Shown: positions 12,401-25,224 of the stretch, one piece after another | Layout of the letters: each line of letters begins with the position of its first letter | How positions within the stretch are numbered: position 1 is the first letter of the stretch | From: Chlorokybus atmophyticus | Lineage: Eukaryota; Plantae; Mesostigma and Chlorokybus algae | Assembly (NCBI GenBank): GCA_009103225.1 | Contig: RHPI01002888.1 | Location: 205,986 to 269,985, forward strand | Direction of reading: 5' to 3' | Length of the DNA: 64,000 nt | Notes under the pieces: model-generated | What the model was told of the DNA's origin: nothing | The model's database searches: none | The model's input: the letters and a program-made list of their open reading frames with translations, nothing else | Made by a program: the position numbers and the translations under genes

Positions 12401-14666
12401 ATGGCGCGGCACCGCGCATTGTTGCTGCTTCTGCTCATTGCTGGAGCTTTCGCTGTGCAAGTTGCCGCCGAAGCCGACGGTGACTTCGTCACGGACCAGG
12501 ATGACGTGCAAGAGGTATGGGCGACACACACGGCTAGGGTTTCTGCTGCCTGACTGGCATTGGCACTTCAATGACTTTTCATGCTGGCATGCATCGATGC
12601 GCAAATGCCATCCCGCAAAGTTACTTGCAGTGCTTGCCACTGCATCATGGCTTTGCCGCCTTTGCTAAGGACTGAAGCTTTGATTGCAAATCTGAGACAG
12701 TCTCTGGCCTGTGTTGCTTGAGCTAAGGACATGGTTTGCATTACCGGTTGACACAAGTACACAAGCTAGTGCCAGCCGAAGCACTGTTGGCCGGTGACAG
12801 CTGCTTACCTGACGGCTTGTTGCTCAGCTCGACGACACAGACCGGGATTTGCCAGTTGGTCCTCTACCGGAGCCCCGTAAGGCGCCGCTGTCTTTGCGGC
12901 CGAAGCTGCCCCGGGTGGTGGTGACTGGAGGAGCCGGCTTCGTCGGCAGCCACCTGGTTGACCGCCTGATGGAAAGAGGGCATGAGGTCATTGTCGTTGA
13001 CAATTACTTCACCGGCCGCAAGGAGAACGTCCTGCATCACATCGGCAACCCCAGGTGATGCATAAGCAGTACAATGCAACAATGTCATACACGTGCGTCA
13101 TTAGCACATCCTACACTTAGCTGGCACGGTAGTCATTGCCTGAGGGAAAGCTCCCGACATGATGTAAGGTTGACAAAGGCTTGATGAGTTTCTTGCTATC
13201 CCTGATGCCGGCCATTCAGCATACCAGCACGTGGTTTCGACAGTGGTGTGCACCTAGTACACTCCAATGCAATGCCCCCTCGTTTTATGAGATAACACAG
13301 GGTCAGTCCCAATCTGCGGTAGACTTTGCCTCAGCGTTGTCCATAACGTGGAGTTGAATGCAGCTGCTTTTGGTATGCTGAACAATGCATGCATCAGGTT
13401 TGAGCTCCTGAGGCATGACGTGGTGGAGCCGCTCCTGGCAGAAGTCGATCAGATTTACCACCTTGCCTGCCCTGCGTCGCCGGTCCATTACAAGTACAAC
13501 CCTGTGAAGACCATCAAGACCAGTGTCATGGGCACCATCAACATGCTCGGTCTTGCCAAGCGCGTAGGAGCAAGGTTCCTTCTCGCATCAACCTCAGAGA
13601 TCTATGGCGACCCCCTTCAGCATCCACAGACGGAAGAATACTGGGGCAACGTGAATCCTATTGGTATGGGGTTGTATTTTGAATAACGTGTATTTGCAAG
13701 GTGCTTGTCAACTGGACGTACATCATTTGTGACATCTATTGTATTGTCGTGTATGTTACACAGCTGGATGACTCGTGTCGTATTTCTTGTCAGGTGTGCG
13801 CAGTTGCTACGACGAGGGCAAGCGTGTTGCTGAGACCCTCAGCTTTGACTACCATCGCGGGCTGGGCATTGAGATCCGTGTGGCACGCATCTTCAACACC
13901 TATGGTCCTCGTATGTCGCTTGATGACGGCCGTGTGGTCAGCAATTTCGTGGCTCAGGTAGGGAGTCTGTTTTCAGTGTGCAGCCAGCCTTTTATCTTGA
14001 AATTGATTGTGGTTCTGAGCTGAGCACTCTGTGTGGATATTCGGGTTCTTGTTTGTTGATTGGTCTCCTGTGGCAGGCGCTGCGTAAGGAGCCCATGACT
14101 ATTTATGGTGATGGCATGCAGACCAGGAGTTTCCAGTACGTGTCTGATCTGGTAAGCTTGCACTGCAGGCAATACAAATGTTGTACAGGTTGTCTGGTAT
14201 TGTGACACCTGTGCCACTCACAGGTTGCGGGTCTGATGGCGCTCATGGATAATGATAAGCATACTGGCCCGTTCAACATTGGCAACCCGGGCGAGTTCAC
14301 CATGAACGAGCTTGCTGAGGTATAAAGTAGACTTCAGCTCATTGTCACTGAGAACGTGCATGGATGCCATATAATTTGCGGTTGGATGCTGCCGTGGTCA
14401 AGCCAGGTTACTTACTTGGTTGTTAAAACTGGCACAAGCTGACTGTCAACATGCACCAGGTGGTGAAGGAGGTCATCGATCGTGATGCGAAGGTCACATA
14501 TGTGCCAAACACTGAGGATGACCCGCACAAGCGCAAGCCGGACATCACCAAGGCCAAGGAGCTCCTTGGCTGGGAACCGAAGGTCGCGTTGAAGGATGGA
14601 CTGCCACTTATGGTGGAGGACTTCCGCAAGCGCGTCCTCGGCGCTGACAAGACTGCCGAAAATTAA
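12401..14666 (+). CDS. UXS: UDP-glucuronate decarboxylase paralog with signal-peptide-like N-terminus; multi-exon
   Basis: Exon 1 12401-12514 [38 protein letters not shown] splices in phase 0 to 12830 ([40 protein letters not shown]). Same catalytic motifs and intron positions as the minus copy; stop at 14666. Confidence 0.93.
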
Positions 14667-16328
14667 GCTTGAACAAATTGTATATTGTGTGTGTACAAGC
14701 AACCGTTTATCTTTCTCAACAACCCAATAGGTATGCTATTGGGACAGGCCAGTGTAAGTGTCCTTTCAGCACGCTGATATGCAGCTTCAGTGCTTTTGAA
14801 TTCCAGGCTTGCGCTGCTACAGCAATAAAACTAGTGCGTTTTAGAGATGTAATCCGCAAGGGTGAATTGTATTCGCGCCATGAAGTGTGTGTTCCCCACT
14901 TGGCCAGGCAATAGCATGTGCTTGCGCACATTAATATGCAATCTGTGCATCTTGCCTAGTGCTCTCTTCATTGACACCCCTTCTCGAGCTTGTTTGCAAC
15001 TCGAGAATTTCATGCTTGCTATGCACCTCTCAGATTGTCATGGACATGCCAGTCAGAGGGTTGATGCCATTGAGCCTTTTTACTGAAGTGTCATCATCTG
15101 CAAGAATTATTACCTGATCGGTGGATGTGTGTACGGGTTGCTTGGACATACATGCGCAGATGGATATGCGTTCTGTTGCTGCATGATCAGTATGCATGCA
15201 CGCAGTCATCAACACATACCCAACATTCTGTTTCGACCGCCAGGCTATATGCCTACGCTGACTCTACTAACCCTAGCCCCCAAAGCAACCCGCAGTTGCT
15301 GTCATACCTGCCACACCACCATGATGACTAGGACGACCAGCAGACTCCCCCTGCCGCCGCTCCCCAACCCTCGACCGCCATGGTGGCCGCCGCCACTGCT
15401 GCCGCACTTTACGGTCTCGTCAGGTGTCAGACAGCACGCCATGCACGTCATCTCCAACGACATCTCCAAAACTAATAACTAATGTGCAATGTGTCCTGTG
15501 ATGGACGCTGTTGTGCGTGTTGTACGACGTTCTCCGTGTTAATCAGACATCGGCGGACGGTACATAGACACATAGACACGAACCCCGTAACTCGTAACTC
15601 GAGCTGGGAGGTAAACAAACTGTAGTAGAGGTAGATCATACTTGATAGAATTTTCTGGCTCGTATGACAAACTTCATGTGAAGTACACCATGAAGGTTGT
15701 TGCTGCATCGTCACTGCATCTGGCACTTTGATTCCAATGCAAGGTGACATAGTAGACGTTACACAACTCACTTGCAACTTCTGTCAAAAAGAGGGTTGAT
15801 ATATACAGCAAGCACGCATTGTATGTTTACAGCCAACAACAAAACAAGTCGGCACACATGAAACGGGGCTCGGCATAGAAGGAGGAGACTTCATGGGATA
15901 GCGTGGGAAATACTACAATGGGCACAACAGAGTTTATGGTTGCATCTCGACGCACACCCACTATCACTCACCTATCACTTACAATGCAACCTCTTTCGTG
16001 TGAAGCTGTGGCTCTTGTAACGCTGCATCCATAAGAATTGATGCATCACAGGCAACTGCATCATGTCCTCCTGTACAACACTAGCAATCCACAACCAGCC
16101 ACATGGACAGAGTATCAACTACTCTTTGTAGCTGGAATCCGGACCATTCTTGCACACATCAATGCTATTTGCAATTGGGTTCAAGACGAGGTTATTGTTT
16201 ATCAATGGACCCATGGCCGGCAAGCTAGCCATAGTCAAAAACACACCAGCATACAAAATTGTAATGAAATGGCAAAACAGCGCACACAATCGCTTGCCCT
16301 ACTACTCTGCTAGCATTCCTCGGTGCTA

Positions 16329-18875
16329 TTACCGCAACTTGGCATCATACAAAACCGCTCGCGCTCGCTGCTCCACCTCTGCGGACGCAATGGAGCTCAG
16401 CAGGGTAATGTTGTGCACAGAAACTGCAAGCAATCACGAAGGTGCAATCACCAACCTGCGAGATACTCTGCCAGCACCTTCTGCGTGTATGAACCAGAAG
16501 CCTGCCACAATTGTCCAGAGTCACACGGCTGTGCACTTGGACAACCAAAACCTTGCACATCGTGTTATATTTGGGCTAATCTATTGACTTGTTTGACAAA
16601 TGTCAGATTGATGAACAAAACTCGCAATAAGCTGTCCGGGTATGAGTAGCCATGTATGTGTCCGTGCACATACACGTGTACATCAGCCTGCATGGATGCA
16701 TGCATGCAGCACACATGAGATTGTACACACTGCCAACCACAAGACACCGACCATCACCTGTGGCAGCACCAGTTCTTTCTTGGCCTGCAGCGCAGCAAAG
16801 AAGCCCTCCTCATTTTCCTTTGTCAACCGTTGTTGTAGCAGCGAGTCCCATTGGCTCTCATCAGCTGCATGCCACACAGCAGCATGACAAATGAGCACCA
16901 AGAGGAAGGAGCGTGTAAAGAACCCACAGAATTTGGCTCATAATATTTACAGTTTGTGTCACGCACCTTGCAACACCTCATCTAACAGCGCAGCAGTTGA
17001 TTGCTCGCCACTGGCCACATCTGCACGCAGCGCATATTAATGGCCTCTACTGTATGCTCACTATGTTGCCAGAAACCAAACTGGTTGCAAGGAATGACAT
17101 GCAAGCATTAGAACAATGGACGCAACACTGCTCAACACCCGTGAATGCGCTGTATGAGGTGACCAAGACTGCCGCATCATCCGGCCAACCGCAACCACGC
17201 AACCACTTGCACAAGCAAGCAAGGAGTAGATAGACGCACCTGTAGCCGCCAGCATGCGACTGGCATACAACTGCAGAAAGGTCTGGAAGATGGCCACCAT
17301 ACCCGTCAACCCATCATCATTGGCCTGCAATCAGCACACGCTGCTACTGTTTGTGCATCGGCGCCAGTTGCCAAAACCCAAGAATGACTGTTGTGCGATA
17401 TACCGCAGACCAACAGCTTGACACACCTTTCTCATCCATGCCATTGCGTTGGACAAAAGGCCCTCATCTAAGTACTGTGCCCTTTGTTCCATGGCCTGCA
17501 GTACACAACATTTTTGAGGAGTCCTTCAAACCATAGGAGTCCTCCAAACAATAGGAGTCCTCCAAACAATACCTGCTGCTTTGTAAAACTGCTAGACCAC
17601 AAGGAGTACCTTCTTCATGCTTTTGGTCTGCTCCGCAGTCAAAGGCACAGAAAACTCTCCCGTGTCCTTGTCTGCAGCCGCAGCCAGAATCTCTTGCAAC
17701 ACTTGTGCAGAGAAGCCCATCTCAATCTGCGTCAGGAACACACAGCTTAACAAACTGCAATGCACACACGCTTGCCAGCACCTGCGCAAACAATGCGACA
17801 CACAATCGCACGCATGCACGCTAACACGCGCGCGGGCACCCACATGTGCACTCACACAAGTGCAATTAAGTACAGGAGCATTTTATCTTTTGTACTTGAT
17901 TTTCCAGGTATACGTGCACAGTTATTATGCATCTTTGTACCTTGGCCTGCTTGACAAGCGTATCGACAGTGCGCATGACAGAAGCTGCGAGCTCCGAGAG
18001 TTCATCCTTTACTTGTACATCGGTGGAAGTCTCCGCGCGGGTCGCAATGCGCAACCAAAAGGTGCGATCAAAACTGAGCAAGTTCTTTGCAACGAGCGTA
18101 ACCCTCTGCACAGAACCTGGAAGCGATAAATACACAATGAATGCCTGCACAGGCACGAGACCGCACGCACACATACAAACGCAACACAGGGATATGCCAT
18201 GCAATAGCGTTGGTTTCAAACTGCAGAACATGCTTGCTGTTACCTCAGACTCACTGGCGCCGCGCAAAGCATCTATCAACTTGTCTTGCTCCAATGTTGC
18301 ATTAAGCGCAGAGGCAGGATCCTCTGGAATAGAAGCGCGCACGGTGGCCCTGCACATCAGTAATGATGATGGTGATTTATAATGATCAACAAGGCAGCTA
18401 CTTTGTTCTCGCCCTAAGCCCCACACACATTCTATGCACGTTGCTCAATGCATGAAGAAATGAAGGTTTATCAACAATAATTGTTGACGTTGTGAAAGCG
18501 TGTACAGTCCCCTTCAGCTCCCCTTCAGCATGCAAGCATGTAGACACGTCCACATTCCCACATTGCACTGAAAACGAAGTAGTTTATGCGCACTGCACAA
18601 CGATGACTGTGAATGCTGTCTACGCTGCGTGGTAGTCGAACACAATGCTCCTCAAAGTTACCAGACACACACCGGCCACAGCGTGTCCACCTGCTTCGCC
18701 GCCGACCCACTGCATTTAACTTTACTCCGCCCACAGCTCCACCTTGTCGCCATTGGCGGACACCGGACGGCGCCGCAGCATTCGCAGGCAGAGAACCACG
18801 CAACCTCGCCTCAGGCTTCAACGCTGACAGCCCGCCCACCACGCCCGCCGCCGCCGCCGCCGCCGCCAACCCCAT
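16329..18875 (-). CDS. PRDA1: Plastid-targeted helical protein, PRDA1 (PEP-related development arrested 1)-like; multi-exon
   Basis: Ala/Arg-rich transit-like N-terminus ending RRRSRATVRA; QDKLIDALRGASESE, KNLLSFDRTFWLRIATRAET, GMVAIFQTFLQLYASRML, SGSYTQKVLAEYLAEVEQRA resemble recalled PRDA1 blocks (NVLAFNEGFWIRLAAR, LQKVLQLYA, GSYQQRILIEYL). Family call from memory. Confidence 0.65.
17518..17571. repeat. Three tandem copies of an 18-bp unit (ggagtcctccaaacaata), intronic
   Basis: Read directly; first copy has two mismatches. Confidence 0.85.
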
Positions 18876-19164
18876 GCTGCGCGCAAAGTTGCCACCACTA
18901 ACCCTAATTCCAACCCTGGAGGATTTACAAATTCCAAACAAAGCCTTGAATAGCAGAGTGGGACCAGAGGGAGAATTGCTGTGCCGTTTCTTTGCGCGGT
19001 TGTCCCGAAAGTACAAAATTACGAAATTGTGTGCCTGCGGCTAGTTGGGGTTTGGGCGTTGGCGACAGCGACGGTGGCGGTATGGGCGGTGTCGTCGGCG
19101 TTGTTGGTATGGATACGCGCTGTAACTAGTAGTTGGGCATGAGTTGGGCTAGATTATTTTGCTG

Positions 19165-22100
19165 ATGGCGGCGGCCGCCGCGTCAACGGCGTCAGAGTCA
19201 CGGCCGCCGCAGTGCATGGTAGGGGTGCGGCAGGGCCAGTCTCTGGATGGACGGCTTGCAATTTGCCTGTAGCAAGCATTCACATGACGTAGCAATTGAT
19301 GGCGTGTTAGCACTCTTATTCTGTTCTTGATTTCAGAAACGCTGTCAATACACTGCCTCTGTCGCATGAACATCAAGATGATGCTGGCCACAAAACTCTT
19401 TGTAGCTAGGCCAGTCAGGCCGACGAGCACACTCGCTGGCGTAACGCTCTCGTAGTCACGGGTTGTTATCTCACCAGGGTTTGTTGGTACGCATCAGTAG
19501 GTCTTTGTGTCCTCTAAACATACGCAAGCCGAAGCTTCTTGTCTTCGGTATGTAGCGTTTATATATAAAGTCGTTCTGGTTTACGCAAGGCAGGCTGACA
19601 GGTCCATTGTTGTTGACCTGATGTTAGTCCGGGCAGATTGCGTTGGCTCACATTGTCACTGTGAAACAGTGGTGGCACTGCGAAAGAAGTACTTAATCAG
19701 TGCAAACGAGCGTGTGCGTTTATGGCACTGTGAAACCAATGCTTAGTGTTGTGTTGGTCACAAAAGCAAGGAGCATATGGAGCATACCGGTTATGTCCAG
19801 AAGAGCGTGCAAGACTTGCACGAGAAGCCTTTGATGCTAGCAGAAGGCGCCGGTTGCTTCAGGTGTGTAGGCTGCCTTTCCAAGAGTGTGCAACTTGCGA
19901 CAATTACGTCTGGTTGTGTGTTAATCGGTTATGTACAACTACTAATGGAGTGTTGTCTGTTTGGGTTATCAGGTTCGCGCACAAGACAAGCTGCATGCAG
20001 CGCAGAAGAGGCGTGCGTATCAGGATAACTTGCGCCAAGTTCAGGAGCAGCTCATTCAAGCATTAAAGGTACCTTAAATGATGCGTGGGACATTGTGCTT
20101 GCTTGCTTGCTGAGGGCTTCATTGTCATCTTACTTTTGGTGGCAGGAACAATGGGGCCAAGATCAAGCTGGGAAGGTTGCTGCTCTCAATCAGAAGTATC
20201 AGTGGGCTTTGGGAACTATTGGTGAAGCACACAGAGATGCCGGAGATGAGAGAGACCTTGCTGTATGTGACGCATACCTGCCAACCTACATGGGCACAAC
20301 TGTCCGTTGATAGGCGTACCTTAGCTTTTGGCACACAGGCACACACAAACATGCGGGCACATGTGTGCATGCGCACGTGCACGCACAAACAATAGTATCA
20401 TTGCAGGCTAAGGCAGCTGCGGAACAAGCTGAGGCTGCAGTGCTGTACCAAATACGCGAACAGCAGCGCTTTCAGCTTGCCATTCAGGAGGTCAGTCTTG
20501 TATAAGTGCAGGTGTTGATTGGACTTCTTTAGGGCTTTGTATGCTGTATGCCCACACCGCACTGTGCAGGATGAGCAAGCGCAGATCGCCGCTGAACAGA
20601 AAAAGCTGCTTGAAGCGCAGAAAGTTCAGACAGCCCTGCAACGCGCAGCAGAGCAGCGGGAACTGTTACTGCTGCGCATGAACAAAATAAAGCGGGAAAT
20701 GGAGGAACAGGAGCTGGAGAAGGAGAAGCACAAGGTCCGCAAGCACTGTTGTTGTCACAGCGTATGTATTACACTGCTCACCAGTGAAGCACACACCAAT
20801 GCTACACACAGTGTATGAGAGCCATGCACGCTGTTGTCACAGAGTGTGCTACGCATGCACTGTATACTGCACTGACTGCTGACGTTAGGGTTATATCTTT
20901 GTTGGTATGGCTGCAGGAGGAAGTAGTGGCAGCCGTGACAGCCGAGAACATGAGACCCGCAAGGAGCGCGCGGCAGGTGGCTGGCAGAGAGCTTCTGAGG
21001 TCCGTACTGGAGGGTGAGAGGGCCGCTGCAATGCGCAAAGAGAGCGAGCTGAGGGCTCAAGAGCGCGCCTTTGCAGCAGAGCTGAGGCTGAGAGTGGAGA
21101 AGGTGGATGAGAATGCTATGTGTCACATGTCTCAGGCACAAAGCATGTCTTGCTGACTTTTGAATGGCCACTGGACAGGCACGCAAGGACATGCAGCAGG
21201 AGCTTGAGAGAGCAGCACGCGAGTCACGTCAGGCACGTGTGCGGGCATTGAGCAGGCCTGAGCACCCTGAAGCAGCCGCTGATCCATCCCAAGGTATGCA
21301 GAGCTACATTGGTGTTTGCTAACGAACGCCATAACACGAGCTCTCTCAATAGTTCCCCAAAGCAGATATGTGCATATGCTCTTGTTTTTGAAGTTTTGCT
21401 TGCAATACTGGGGTTGAAGCGCGGCATGGGTAGGCTGTCAATTTCAAGCAGTAGGTGTCAGTTTCATTCACATACAATATGTTTGAAATTGTGGGTGGGA
21501 GAAGGGGGGGGGAGGGGACCACAGCACGCAACACGTCTTTCCACATCTGACAGGCTTGCAGCGTCCACATCGAGTGAGGTTCCAGGAGGACCCGCAGCGA
21601 GGCACTCCAGAGAAGCTTTCAGAAAGGCCGGCTGCCACGACGCAATCCGCGACGCAGACGAGCCATGAGTTCAGCCAGCTGGAAACGGGCGAGATTGAAG
21701 CGGGAGTTCAGGTCGATGAGGACTTTCCATGTTCCTCGCAAGCCAATGAGATTGAGGGCATGCAAAACAGCCCCGTCCAACGGGCAAAGGTCGGACCACC
21801 CCCCTCATGCAGTTCACACACAGCTCTACACTGAATGTGGTTCAATGTGGAGTACCTCACATGACAATTTTCCTGCTTTTCGCCTGCAGAAACCGCTCTC
21901 ACCCATGCCAGAGCAGTCTCTTGACGCGCTGGAGAGGCTGTCGCTGTCGTCATCCTCCGGCATCAGCAGTCTCTGGGGCTCCGATTTGCAAGCGTTGCGC
22001 GAGGAGCTGGAATGGGAATACGGGATCATTGGCAAAGAGGTACGACACAGTCACGGTGCTCTGGTTCAGCAGAGCTTTCTTTGCAGCCATGCAGTGGCTC

Positions 22101-24298
22101 TCAGAGTCACAACATTGGTGTTGCGCAGCACGTGTCTGTGGATGGTGATGTGCATGCCGCGGCAGCGGCTGCCGCAGCTGTCACAGCGGCTGCAGTGGCT
22201 GAAGCAGAGAGATACGCACAGAAACAACGGCAAGGTACCGATGACATGGCCATAACATACCTGTAGCTCACAGACAAAGCTTGACACATTACAGGCCTAC
22301 CAAAGCTGCTATGTGCATGGGGGTATCCTTACTAGTGTGTAACCCTTTTTACAGACCAAAGCCTACATGTGCATCATATTGGCAGTCAAGAGGCTGCACT
22401 GCCCTCCTCTCCTGCCCCGTCCTTAGGGCTGAGTTTCCCGACGCTTTCGCCCATGTCCGGCCTCTCGCCGCTGTCCAGTCTGCTGTCACCGCTCAGCTTC
22501 GGAGCACAAGAAGAACTCCCGCTTCCTTTGAAACCAAAGCACGAACGCATTGGTCCGAGTGATCGTTCTTCCTCACCACTTGAGAGGTACATCTCCAATG
22601 ATGCAACAGCATGGGCACAGGTGCAGAGACAACTGGTAGTTGTTGAGAGAGTGACATGTGATGTGGCTGGCAGGGCCTTGCATGAGGCGCACCTGGCAAC
22701 TGAGAGCATGCCGACAACATTGTCGGCATCTTCAGATGCATCACAACAAATCTCAATTGTTCCTACCACAACCACAAGCAGCGGTACATCACCAGTCACA
22801 AATCTAACCCTCAGTCTTCCAGCTACCAGCAGGTAACTGGCTTGTTGTAGCTGCCTGCTTTTTTGTGGGTATGTTGGCTCCACATCACAATAACCACTCA
22901 TCAACTCTACCTCTGTGGCAGTGTCCCAAACCTAGAGCCTGTCAATGAGGGTGAATCCCCGCTCCCGCAGCTCAAGTCGCTCGACGCCATTCTTGGAGCT
23001 ATTGCAAGGCAGGTTCAGGACCTTGATTTGCAGCTGAGGTCGTCTCCTGCAGATGGTGCTTCATCTCGCGCATTACAGACCGACCACGAGGCCAGTGGGT
23101 TTGAAGAAAGGTCTTATACTCCAAGGCCTGCAGTCAACCCAACCAGCGAGGAAGCTTCACATTCGGTGTCACCACGCACACAAAGACTATTGGAGCATGC
23201 CTTTGACAGGTTGATGGAGGAAGAGCAGAAGCCATTGTTTCAGTCTACTGAACACCCACCTCACGAAACACCTGAGGAGGGAATGCGCAGTGAGGACACA
23301 TGTGACACATCTACACTGCAAAGCGTGTCCACGTCACCTTTGCCATCCACTGAAAGTCAGCCCGCAGGCAAACAGCAGCTGACTCAAACGGAGTCAGAAG
23401 ATGTCGTGAACCAAGAAATGAAAGCAGATGAGTCAGCAGCGGTACACACAGATGCAATTCCTTCACCCGGCGTGCTGCCTGCCTCAACATCGGCACAACA
23501 ACAGGAAGAAGACTGGCTTCAGCGACTGCGAAAGGGCAAAGCAGTGGCAGTAGTTGCGGAGGACGTGACCAAAAGCGAACGGAAGTCATCATCATCTCAA
23601 TACTCTTTTGGCTCAAGCCCTCATCAGCCGCGCTCATCAGCCGCATCATCGCTGTCAGTCCATCCGTCAGAGTTCAACACCAGCCTCTCCAACATCTCCG
23701 ACATCTCCAACATACTTGAAGACTTGCCAGAGGCTTTCAGTGATATCGGGTCCCCGCGAGCCATGAATGACTGGCAGAGCCTTATGCGGGGCTCGATCTC
23801 GGACGTAGAGGGGTTCTTTGCTACCGACGTGGACACAGTGATACAAGATCTCACGGGTGTGCAACCAGAACAACCATTGTTGCATCATCATCGGCCTCAA
23901 GGCGAAGAGGCTGCGCTGACCCAAGCCGAGAGCGACGAGTACGCGGACTTGCTGGAAGCACTTCAACGCAGCATTGAAGAGTATGACATCAGCGTGTCTC
24001 TCGGCCATGTGCCCGCAAGCACGTCTCGGATGCGAGGGTCGTCCCCGCAGTCAGCGTCCCAATCCAGAGCAGGCGCACCTGCTGTGGTCAGAAGTGAGTG
24101 CGCAAGGCATGAGTCTGAACCATGGTTGATGGTGATGTGTCTGATTGATTAACAAGGAAGGTCAACCCAATCCAACCAGTATGCTCACAGCTGGCTTTTG
24201 CAGTTACTCCCAGGTTTGTGTCCAATGACGTGCCGCAGCAGGAGACTTCCAGTGCGGAACGGGCTGGTCGGCAGCAAAATAGAAGGGCTTGGCACTAG
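19165..24298 (+). CDS. CEP295: CEP295/KIAA1731/Ana1-like centriolar protein: N-terminal coiled-coil domain plus long Ser/Glu-rich disordered tail; start codon uncertain
   Basis: Exons ~19765-19862, 19973-20068, 20146-~20260 give YRLCPEERARLAREAFDASRRRRLLQVRAQDK...EQW...K...L...Y..ALGTIGEAHRDA, colinear with recalled human CEP295 RLSPNEE...RRKLRLLQVREQ...AEW...MGEGHRQA. Later coiled-coil exons and a long open exon (~22920-24090); putative TAG at 24296-24298. Confidence 0.68.
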
Positions 24299-25224
24299 GT
24301 AGATAGCCTGCTTGATTGGGGTTGGGATCCCCATTAGTCGCAGGGATTATCATACCACATTATTGCGATGACGTATGCATTGCCAAACGCGGCGTGTGCT
24401 TGGGTGAATGGTGTTGCTACATTTAACATCGAGTTACAATGCAAGGCATTTAAGCGTTCATGAGCAATGTCATACATTAGCTTTGCATGTTAGTAAAACA
24501 ATACTGAGGGGTGGCGGACGATTACACATCGGTATGAACCTGTCCCTGCTCTGGTCAACGACATTCAACACTGCAATCCTGTCTGTAGAGTGCTTCATGA
24601 ACTGAACTACGTGGTGAAGCATGCAAACCCTGTATGCACATGTACATGAGTGCATGTCGTGTGCTTTGCTAATCTACCACACCCACACCCACACCCACAC
24701 CCACGCCCACGCGCACGCGCACACACACGCCCTGTGAAATCAGGTGTGTCATTGCTACCTACATTAGCATATGGTGGCATTGTGTGTGGCATGGTAGGAG
24801 TGGGGGCTAGGTGGGACCAGGTACGTGCAATGGCACATGATATGCAATGTGTTTGATGGATGTTGATTGTTGGGTTGTACCTATACATGTGAGTGCGACT
24901 CTCTCTCGCGCTCTCTCGCTGCCACTGCGTGTGGGTGTGACACGTGTCTTGGCATACGCATTATGCGTAGCGGTGCAACCCATACTATTCTGTGTACACA
25001 CACACAGGCCACGCACGCCCAGCGTCACGCCCAGCTTGCAACAGCACAATGCAATGTATGGAGTTGAGGGAGAAACGAAGTACACAGTGTAAGCTTTGAA
25101 GTCTGTTGTGACCCATTAATGAGGCAAGTACATGGGTAAAGTGGGAGTGTATAGCTACAAGGGAAGGGGGGGTGAGCGTATGATACATAGTGGTTGTTAT
25201 TTTCAACAACAAAACGGCCAACTC

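Noticed and set aside
15030-15465. Possible small minus-strand gene (GCCACCATGG context; hydrophobic LLVVLVIMVVWQ before a GT)
   Set aside because: The Kozak-context ATG stops after 17 codons, and no consistent spliced product or homology could be built from the other frame.
17518-17571. 18-bp direct repeats as a CRISPR-like array
   Set aside because: Head-to-tail with no spacers, intronic, eukaryotic context, no cas genes.
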